Part shown: positions 57,163-64,000 of the stretch, piece by piece
How positions within the stretch are numbered: the first letter of the stretch is position 1
How the letters are laid out: each line of letters opens with the position of its first letter
Assembly (NCBI GenBank): GCA_029248525.1
Contig: JAQWJE010000014.1
Location: forward strand, 139,561 to 203,560
DNA length: 64,000 nt
From: Candidatus Binatia bacterium
GTDB lineage: Bacteria; Desulfobacterota; Binatia; UBA12015
Direction: 5' to 3'
The notes under the pieces: generated by a model
The model's input: only the letters and a program-made list of their open reading frames with translations
The model's database searches: none
Told to the model about the DNA's origin: nothing
Program-made: the position numbers and the translations under genes

Positions 57163-58173
57163 TCAGCTCCCGGATTCAGCTAGCAGCTTCCGCTGGCCGA
57201 TCGTGAGAAAAAGGTATTCAAGCGGCGGCGAGGCCGGTATCCCTCTTTTCGATCGAACATCGATCCGAGAGAGCTCCTGCAGAATTCGCTGCAACTCCAG
57301 TGACCGGTAGTTCCTGGCCTTGGGAACTACGAAAAAGCCCCGCCCCCCGCCGAAAGCTTTTTTTGCCTCGGCCTCCGAAAGGCCCTGATCCAAAAGAGCG
57401 CGCGCTCGCAACAGCGCCCGGACCTCTCCGGCTAACTCCCCGATCACCACCTCGGTCGCAACGCCCTGCGCCAGGGCGGTTCGGAGTTCCACCAGAGCCC
57501 GACCCATCCGTCGGTCTCGGAGGGCTCCGGAAAGTGCGAATGCCGTGCGCGCCTTGTCTCCGCCCAGGGATAGCAAGGCCTGCTCATGGGTGACCGGCTG
57601 GTCGCCGAAGCGCAAAGAGAGCTTTTCCAGCTCATTCGCGAGCCGGCCAGTATCGCCGATGACATGACCAAGCACCGCCTCTGCGGCCTCCGGTTCGAGA
57701 CGCAAGGATTTCTCCTTGCAAAGCTTCCGCAACAGATCTTTCCATTCCGGGAGGGCCTTTCGCATATCCTTTTGTTGCGGCCCGACTGTCTCGATACAAT
57801 TTGCCTTTTTCAAGGCCGCAAAAAGGCTGCGTCGCAAATCGGGTGCCTGAGCCAACAACAGCAAACGCGTGTCCTCCGAGATTGTGCCGCAAAGCTCCAG
57901 AACATCCCGCTGCAGATCGTCCTTCATGCGATCGGCCATCCGCAAGACGATCAACCGGCGACCCGTCATCGAGACGGTACGAATCGCCGTCGAGATTTCC
58001 TCGATATCCACCTTGTCTCCATAGAGAACATCGAGAGCACCAAACATCGGGGTCTTGCCGAGCCATTCGTTCTGAATCTTCTCGAGCTGGCCATCCACCA
58101 GAGCCGGATCCCCGAGCAGCAATCTGACCCGCTCCGGGTCCGGCGGGCTGGGCTTGGGGGCGGCTTTACCCAT
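57163..58173 (-). CDS. holA: DNA polymerase III subunit delta
   Basis: 336 aa. It is placed leuS-lptE-holA. N-terminal Rossmann-like plus C-terminal helical domain. Confidence 0.75.
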   Translation of the reverse strand: MGKAAPKPSPPDPERVRLLLGDPALVDGQLEKIQNEWLGKTPMFGALDVLYGDKVDIEEISTAIRTVSMTGRRLIVLRMADRMKDDLQRDVLELCGTISEDTRLLLLAQAPDLRRSLFAALKKANCIETVGPQQKDMRKALPEWKDLLRKLCKEKSLRLEPEAAEAVLGHVIGDTGRLANELEKLSLRFGDQPVTHEQALLSLGGDKARTAFALSGALRDRRMGRALVELRTALAQGVATEVVIGELAGEVRALLRARALLDQGLSEAEAKKAFGGGRGFFVVPKARNYRSLELQRILQELSRIDVRSKRGIPASPPLEYLFLTIGQRKLLAESGS

Positions 58174-58766
58174 CAGAAGTTGTCGACCATCGAGTTGTAG
58201 AGTTCGCGAGCCAGATTCTCCGAAACCTTCCGCAACGCATCACCCTGCTGCGATTCGGCGACCTGCACATCCGACAAACGCAGAAGGTCAGCCTCATTCA
58301 GTGTCGAACTCTCCTGAAACTCGGAAGACTGCGCAATCACGGTTGTCGCCGCCGCACCGTAGGAATCACTCTGCTGGAGTCCGTCAACCCGCCACACGAC
58401 CTGCCCGGTTTTCGGATTCGTGAGTCGCGCACTGATGCGAACAATTGTTTCGTACTGCAAAGCTTCGTCGCTGCGGGAAAACCCGACCGGCCGAACGTCC
58501 AGGCTCTGGACCACACCCGACAGGACCACATCGGCGCGCCCTGCCGAGGTTTGCTCAAAACTGCCTCGCTTGGCGACCTCCAACGAAAATGCTTCCTGAA
58601 TTCCGGTCACCAGGCCGGGCTCCTCGGTCGCATTTGCAAAAGGCTCGAGCGCGATCTTTGTGCCTCCGCCGGGCAACGCGGTCGCCACACCGGGAAAGTT
58701 GTACCCGCAGGAAGTCAGAAGGATCGCGGAGAAGACGACCGGCAAAATGCCTCGGAAGCTCTTCAT
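58173..58766 (-). CDS. lptE: LPS-assembly lipoprotein LptE
   Basis: Lipoprotein signal [22 protein letters not shown]. 197 aa. It is in the conserved position between leuS and holA. Confidence 0.6.
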   Translation of the reverse strand: MKSFRGILPVVFSAILLTSCGYNFPGVATALPGGGTKIALEPFANATEEPGLVTGIQEAFSLEVAKRGSFEQTSAGRADVVLSGVVQSLDVRPVGFSRSDEALQYETIVRISARLTNPKTGQVVWRVDGLQQSDSYGAAATTVIAQSSEFQESSTLNEADLLRLSDVQVAESQQGDALRKVSENLARELYNSMVDNF

Positions 58767-61498
58767 CCGATCACCACATTCACCAGGCGACCCGGAACGA
58801 CGATGATCTTGCGAACTTCCTTACCTTCCAAAGCGGCCTGGACCTTCTCATTCTCGACGGCAATACCCTCGAGAGCCTCCTTCGAAACATCAGCTGCGAC
58901 GGAAAAACGCCCCCGCACCTTACCGTTGATTTGCAAAACAATCTCGAAGGAATCCTCAACGAGCGCCTCCCCGGAGTACGATGGCCACCCACCGTCGAAG
59001 ATACTCTCTCCATGCCCGAGCCAGGAATGGAGTTCCTCAGCCAGATGTGGCGCAAAGGGCGCCAATAGCCGCAGAAATACTCCAATGGTTGCAACATAGG
59101 TGGGAGAAAGATCAGCGTGCGCCGCTCGATGCTTTTGTAATTGATTCAGCATCTCCATCAACGCTGCGATCGAAGTATTGAAGGCGAGCTTTTCGAGATC
59201 CTCGGAAACCTTCTTCACGCTCGCGTGAAGAAGGCGCAGGAGATCACGATCCCCTTCACCTTCGACCCGACCTGCTTCGGCGGCAGCGATCTCGGCCGCT
59301 GCACTCGCCCGCAGAGCCGTGAGTGCCTCGCGATCCTTGCCAACAAGTGTCGTGATGCGAGTGAGAAAGCGCTCCGCCCCCGCGACCCCCTCATCACTCC
59401 ATTCCATATTGTTCTCCGCAGGTGCGGAGAACAGAATGGTAATCCGAGCAACATCCGAGCCGTGCTCCCGGATAAAGGGCCCCATCGGAACCCCGTTACC
59501 CGCGCTCTTGCTCATCTTCTCTGGGCCACTCCGAGCAAAGAAGAGTCCGTCTTTTTCCACCAAATCATGGCTGGCCGCCCGCAGAGCGGTCTGCATTTCG
59601 GATTGGGGAAGTGATCGGGCTTCGATGCCGATAGACTTGCAGAGAGACTCCGGCGCGAGCAGTTGGCCATCTTCGCTCAAGCTCAGCGGCGTTTGTACAC
59701 GGCGTTGCACCATACCCTGCGTGAACAGCGCACGGAAAGGCTCGCTCTCCGGCACAAGGCCCTCGTCAAAAAGAACTTTCGTGATAAACCGCGAATAGAG
59801 CAGATGGAGGATCGCGTGCTCCACGCCACCGATGTACTGATCCACGGGTAGCCAACGCTCCATAGCTGCCTTCGACCAAATTTCTTCGGTATTCGTAGCG
59901 TCGGCATAGCGCAGGAAATACCAGGAGGAGTCGACAAAGGTATCCATCGTATCCGTATCCCGAAACGCGACACCGCCGGTTTCCGGATCCACCGCGTTCA
60001 CAAATTCCTCGTTCGCCGCCAACGGCGAGCGACCGCGGGGTTTGTAATCCTCAATCACCGGCAACACGACCGGTAGATCCTTGTCCGGTACGGGAACAAT
60101 TGTGCCGTCAGGGCGGTGCAACATGGGGATTGGCGTCCCCCAATACCTCTGCCGACTCACCAACCAATCCCGCAAACGGTAGGTGACCTTGGCTCCCCCT
60201 TGTGACGCGGCCTCGAGCCGCGTCACAATTCCTTCGCCTGCCTCCCGATTGGGAACTCCATCCCAATCGCCCGAATTCACCAGAACGCCCTCCCCAATAT
60301 AGGCGGCATCCGGCTCGGCGGTCGGGGGCGTTTCGCCCTCGGGGACAATCACCGTCCTGCGCGAGATTTCGAATTTTTCGGCAAATGCAAAATCTCGCTC
60401 ATCGTGGGCCGGCACCGCCATGATCGCGCCTGTTCCGTATCCCGTCAGAACATAATCAGCGACCCAAACCGGAACCGATTCTCCGTTGACCGGGTTTTCC
60501 GCATAGCTGCCGGTAAATACGCCGGTCTTTTCGCGGTCGAGATTTTGCCGCTCGACATCGCTACGACGCGAGGCTGCGGCGACGTAGTCGTCCATCGCTT
60601 CGCGCTGATCGACCGTGGTCAGAGTGTCCACCAGGGCATGTTCCGGTGCAAGAACCAGAAACGTGGCTCCGAAAAGGGTGTCGGGCCGGGTCGTAAACAC
60701 CGAAATCGAATCTCCCGCGGCGCCAACGGCGAATTCGACCTGCGCACCCTCGCTGCGACCGATCCAATTGCGCTGCATGGCCTTGACCTTTTCAGGCCAT
60801 CCCGACAGTTCGTCCAGATCCTCCAAAAGACGCTCGGCATAGTCGGTGATCCGAAAAAACCATTGGTCCAGATCGCGCTTCTCGACCAGTGCGCCGCTGC
60901 GCCAACTTCGACCTTGTGCATCTACCTGCTCGTTAGCGAGCACTGTCTGATCGACAGGGTCCCAGTTGACCGTCGCCTTGGCGCGGTACGCCAGACCCCG
61001 ACGGTAGAGCAATTGAAAGAGCCATTGCGTCCATCGGTAGTAATCTGGTTTGCAGGTGGTGACCTCGCAATCCCAGTCGTAGATAATCCCTGCAGCTTCC
61101 AGCGACCCCTTGGACTCCGCGATATTCTGCAAGGTCCACTCACCCGGCGGGCGTCCGGTCTTGATCGCCGCGTTCTCGGCGGGAAGGCCGAAAGCATCCC
61201 AACCAAACGGATGGAGGACGTCATAGCCCTGCATCACGTAATACCGCGTCAGCGAGTCGCCGATATAGTAATTCTTGCCGTGGCCCATATGAAGATCGCC
61301 ACTTGGATAGGGGAACATTTCGAGCACATAGCGGCGTTCGGCATCAGGACGACGTCCCGCTTTAAAAATCCCTCGGGACTTCCAAATTTCCTGCCAACGC
61401 CCCTCGATTCGAGGATCAAACCGGAACCGGTCCTTGTCTGTTGCCTCCACGCTAACCCTCTCCGCTTCACCCGCATTGGGGACTTTGTCTTCCAACAT
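58763..61498 (-). CDS. leuS: Leucine--tRNA ligase
   Basis: HMGH ([15 protein letters not shown]) and KMSKS motifs, editing domain, ~910 aa core. The first candidate start, at 61498, is in frame with upstream nusB and no stop codon separates the two (see findings). Confidence 0.9.
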   Translation of the reverse strand: MLEDKVPNAGEAERVSVEATDKDRFRFDPRIEGRWQEIWKSRGIFKAGRRPDAERRYVLEMFPYPSGDLHMGHGKNYYIGDSLTRYYVMQGYDVLHPFGWDAFGLPAENAAIKTGRPPGEWTLQNIAESKGSLEAAGIIYDWDCEVTTCKPDYYRWTQWLFQLLYRRGLAYRAKATVNWDPVDQTVLANEQVDAQGRSWRSGALVEKRDLDQWFFRITDYAERLLEDLDELSGWPEKVKAMQRNWIGRSEGAQVEFAVGAAGDSISVFTTRPDTLFGATFLVLAPEHALVDTLTTVDQREAMDDYVAAASRRSDVERQNLDREKTGVFTGSYAENPVNGESVPVWVADYVLTGYGTGAIMAVPAHDERDFAFAEKFEISRRTVIVPEGETPPTAEPDAAYIGEGVLVNSGDWDGVPNREAGEGIVTRLEAASQGGAKVTYRLRDWLVSRQRYWGTPIPMLHRPDGTIVPVPDKDLPVVLPVIEDYKPRGRSPLAANEEFVNAVDPETGGVAFRDTDTMDTFVDSSWYFLRYADATNTEEIWSKAAMERWLPVDQYIGGVEHAILHLLYSRFITKVLFDEGLVPESEPFRALFTQGMVQRRVQTPLSLSEDGQLLAPESLCKSIGIEARSLPQSEMQTALRAASHDLVEKDGLFFARSGPEKMSKSAGNGVPMGPFIREHGSDVARITILFSAPAENNMEWSDEGVAGAERFLTRITTLVGKDREALTALRASAAAEIAAAEAGRVEGEGDRDLLRLLHASVKKVSEDLEKLAFNTSIAALMEMLNQLQKHRAAHADLSPTYVATIGVFLRLLAPFAPHLAEELHSWLGHGESIFDGGWPSYSGEALVEDSFEIVLQINGKVRGRFSVAADVSKEALEGIAVENEKVQAALEGKEVRKIIVVPGRLVNVVIG

Positions 61499-61978
61499 CG
61501 TGCGCGCCACGGCATCCAGAACACCGTTCACAAACTGCGGCGACTCATCCCCACAAAAATCACGTGCCAGACGAATGGCCTCATCGATCACAACCGCAAT
61601 CGGCGGGGCATCCGGACCCGTCATCTCGGCTACGGCCAGTCGGAGCACTTGCGCGTCCATCCGAGCCATTCTCTCCAACCGCCAACGAGCGCCGGCGCCG
61701 TCGATCTTCTCGTCAATCGCCGCGCGATGATGCCCGACTTGAAGAGCCAACCGGAGGGCTAACGCGGCCTCGGGAGGAGCATCCACCCTCGCCTCTGAAG
61801 AGACATCTGAAGGCAGCTCTTCGCTTCCGCTCCCGGCCGCAGAGTCGTCGCTCTCGACAACCAGCAGGGCCGAATCAATAGCTTCCTCTGCGGAGGCCCC
61901 GGCCAATTCCATCTGATAAAGCGCCTGCACCGCCAACCGTCGGGCGCGGCGCCGCTCTTCCACATCGGCTGCCACCAA
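61499..61978 (-). CDS. nusB: Transcription antitermination factor NusB (reads through in frame into leuS; no stop codon)
   Basis: [17 protein letters not shown] and [27 protein letters not shown] match E. coli NusB closely (RRRARECAVQALYSWQL / [28 protein letters not shown]). A TTG start is directly adjacent to the ribH stop. Confidence 0.8.
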
Positions 61979-62458
61979 TCAGCTCCGACGGGCAATCTCG
62001 GCAAGGACGCTCACCATCTCGAGCGCGGTCACCGCAGCTTCGTAGCCCTTGTTACCGTGCCCGTCACCAGACCGGGCCAATGCTTGATCCATCGTATCGG
62101 TTGTGAGAACCCCGAATGCAACCGCGATCGAATGGCGCAATCCAATTTCATTTACGCCGCGACTCACTTCCTGCGAAATGAAATCGAAATGAGGAGTTTC
62201 GCCACGAACGATTGCCCCGAGACAAAGGATTGCCTTGTAGGATCCCGTTCGCGCGCAGGCGTCGGCCGCTGCCGTAATCTCGAAAGCGCCAGGGACGTGA
62301 AAGACATCGATCGCCTCCCGCTTCGCACCATATTCGAGCAATCCAGCGATCGCCCCGTCCAGAAGCGACCGCGTCACAGCGCGATTGAATCGAGAAACCA
62401 CGATCGCATAGCGACCACCACTGGCGTCGAGCGAGCCTGTGAACTCCTGTGTCATCAA
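61979..62458 (-). CDS. ribH: 6,7-dimethyl-8-ribityllumazine synthase
   Basis: RYAIVVSRFN...HVPGAFE...GAIVRGETPHFDF. 159 aa. Confidence 0.9.
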   Translation of the reverse strand: MMTQEFTGSLDASGGRYAIVVSRFNRAVTRSLLDGAIAGLLEYGAKREAIDVFHVPGAFEITAAADACARTGSYKAILCLGAIVRGETPHFDFISQEVSRGVNEIGLRHSIAVAFGVLTTDTMDQALARSGDGHGNKGYEAAVTALEMVSVLAEIARRS

Positions 62459-63687
62459 TCCCCACCGCCCTCGCCGGAAAGCCCGCTGAGCAAATGACCC
62501 AGCTTCCTCTTTTTGGTTCGGAGATATTCGATATTGCCATCGTGCGGATCCACTTCGAGAGCCACTCGTTCGGCGACATCGATCCCGTGCTGAGAGAGTC
62601 CCTTTATCTTGCGTTCATTATTCGTCAGCAGACGGACCGACCGGATCCCCAGATCGCGCAGAATCTGCGCCGAAATCCCGTAATCGCGAGCGTCTTCCTG
62701 AAAACCGAGCTCAAGGTTCGCCTCGACCGTATCCCGTCCCTGGTCCTGCAGAGCATACGCTCGAATCTTGTTCGCCAATCCAATTCCACGGCCCTCTTGA
62801 TGAAGGTAGACGACAACACCCTCGCCAGCTTCGTCAATCCGGTGCATTGCCGCTTCGAGCTGCTCGCCGCAATCACAACGCCGCGAACCCAGGACATCCC
62901 CAGTAAGACACTGTGAATGCACCCGAACCAACGGGGCCCGGTCGGCCTGCAAACTGCCTCGTACCACGGCGAGGTGCTCCGTATCGTCAATCTTGTTGCG
63001 GTAGGCCACAGCTCGATAGGTGCCACCGAAGGACGATTCGAGATTCGACTCCTCCAACCGTTCGACAAGGAGTTCATGGCGCAGTCGATGCGCCACCACA
63101 TCCCCCACAGCCACGACCGGCAAACCATGCGTTTCGGCGAAACCCAACAAGGTGTCCCCAGCGGCCAACTCACCTGCCTCATCCAACACGGCGCAGGTCG
63201 CTGCGGCAGGCCGCAGCGAGGCCAGACGCGCGAGGTCAATGGCGGCTTCCGTTGGTCCGGGCTTTTCCAATACCCCGCCCTCGGCGGCCTGAATGGGAAG
63301 CACATGCCCGGGCATCACGATATCCGCCGAGTTGCTTCGCGCATCGACAGCCACGCGAATCGTGGCAGCGCGATCAGCTGCCGAAATCCCCGTCGTGACT
63401 CCCCGACGAGCCTCAAAGGATGTCCCGTAGGCAATAGCGGCATCGGTGGAACGATCCGCTGCGATCAGCGGAATCCCCAGACGCTCCATGGAGGCCGGCA
63501 GCAGAGGCATGCAGACCAAGCCCTTCGCGTGAACCGCCATGAAGCTCACATGATCGTCGAGAACCATCTCCGCGGCCACGCAAAGATCCCCCGCTGTAGG
63601 TTGGTTCAGATCATCCACAACCAGAATCATCTTCCCCTCGCGCAGCGCCGTGAGCGCCGGCTCCAGATTGCTTTCTTCCATCCTCAA
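62455..63687 (-). CDS. ribBA: Bifunctional 3,4-dihydroxy-2-butanone-4-phosphate synthase / GTP cyclohydrolase II
   Basis: 410 aa. The DHBP synthase N-half (ILVVDD...NQPTAGDL) and the GCHII C-half with a Cys cluster (CLTGDVLGSRRCDCG). Confidence 0.9.
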   Translation of the reverse strand: MRMEESNLEPALTALREGKMILVVDDLNQPTAGDLCVAAEMVLDDHVSFMAVHAKGLVCMPLLPASMERLGIPLIAADRSTDAAIAYGTSFEARRGVTTGISAADRAATIRVAVDARSNSADIVMPGHVLPIQAAEGGVLEKPGPTEAAIDLARLASLRPAAATCAVLDEAGELAAGDTLLGFAETHGLPVVAVGDVVAHRLRHELLVERLEESNLESSFGGTYRAVAYRNKIDDTEHLAVVRGSLQADRAPLVRVHSQCLTGDVLGSRRCDCGEQLEAAMHRIDEAGEGVVVYLHQEGRGIGLANKIRAYALQDQGRDTVEANLELGFQEDARDYGISAQILRDLGIRSVRLLTNNERKIKGLSQHGIDVAERVALEVDPHDGNIEYLRTKKRKLGHLLSGLSGEGGGD

Positions 63688-64000
63688 CTATTTCCTTCCC
63701 GCTCGTATTGGTCGGCCGGAATGCAGAATATCGCGCCCAACCATCGCTATCTCATGCGCCTCAAGTCGAATACCCTTTCCGGGGTCTTCGATTCCCAGCG
63801 GGCCGAGCATGCTTGTCCCGTCACCTCCGATGAAAACAGGCGCCTGAAAAAGTGCCACCTCATCGACATATCCGTGACGCATCAGGGAACCGGCCAGAGC
63901 CGCTCCCCCTTCAACCAGTACCGAAAGAATGTCCAATTTGCCCAGATGGCGTAGAAGGCTTTGTGGATCCACCCGGCCCGCACGACTCCCGACCCGCACG
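63688..64000 (-). CDS. ribD: Riboflavin biosynthesis protein RibD, C-terminal reductase domain (partial; N-terminus lies beyond the window end)
   Basis: LSVLVEGGAALAGSLMRHGYVDEVALFQAPVFIGG is the typical RibD/RibG reductase C-terminus. The gene runs off the window edge. Confidence 0.6.
   Translation of the reverse strand, partial: VRVGSRAGRVDPQSLLRHLGKLDILSVLVEGGAALAGSLMRHGYVDEVALFQAPVFIGGDGTSMLGPLGIEDPGKGIRLEAHEIAMVGRDILHSGRPIRAGRK

Noticed and set aside
1-64000. CRISPR arrays, integrases, transposases, restriction-modification or known defence genes.
   Set aside because: No regularly spaced repeat array and no ORF with nuclease, helicase, recombinase or methyltransferase signatures was found. 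The only repeats are a 9-mer x3 and a 13-mer x2 in intergenic spacers.

Overview
This is a high-GC (roughly 62-66% by eye) Gram-negative bacterial chromosomal segment. LptE and the leuS-lptE-holA arrangement point to a proteobacteria-type outer membrane. Myxococcus-type cysteine-rich repeats in two secreted proteins and the rpsO-pnp-M16 peptidase-dut order suggest a Myxococcota or deltaproteobacterial relative. The window falls into two parts. The first part (1-27 kb) is an accessory stretch of secreted or lipoprotein enzymes and redox enzymes. It holds a beta-helix protein, a CBM2 protein, esterases, an S8 protease, a copper-monooxygenase-like protein fused to a cytochrome-c-like domain, an SDR, an Fe-ADH, a nitroreductase, an AKR-FeS protein, an LLM oxidoreductase, a tRNA-Arg, and a three-gene membrane glycosylation module (GT2 plus two paralogous GT-C-like proteins). 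The second part (27-64 kb) is a dense housekeeping core: secF, recR-ybaB-dnaX with the SRP RNA gene ffs upstream, pgsA, a lytic transglycosylase, nadB, a P450, purF, a PurL-like gene, dut, an M16 peptidase, pnp-rpsO-truB-rbfA-infB-ylxR-nusA-rimP, greA, comF, purN, a TPR-cold-shock fusion, a GT2, pyrD, grx, mazG, rpsT, holA-lptE-leuS-nusB-ribH-ribBA-ribD. The most notable observations are: a PHM/DBH-like two-copper monooxygenase domain fused to a Planctomycete-type cytochrome c domain, next to a CXXCH lipoprotein; an in-frame read-through of nusB into leuS with no stop codon; a dnaX annotated start that lies inside the ffs hairpin; a degenerate PurL-like paralog; and the glycosylation module. 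No CRISPR arrays, integrases or transposases were seen. Many long ORFs in the track are antisense shadows of real genes, as expected in high-GC DNA.
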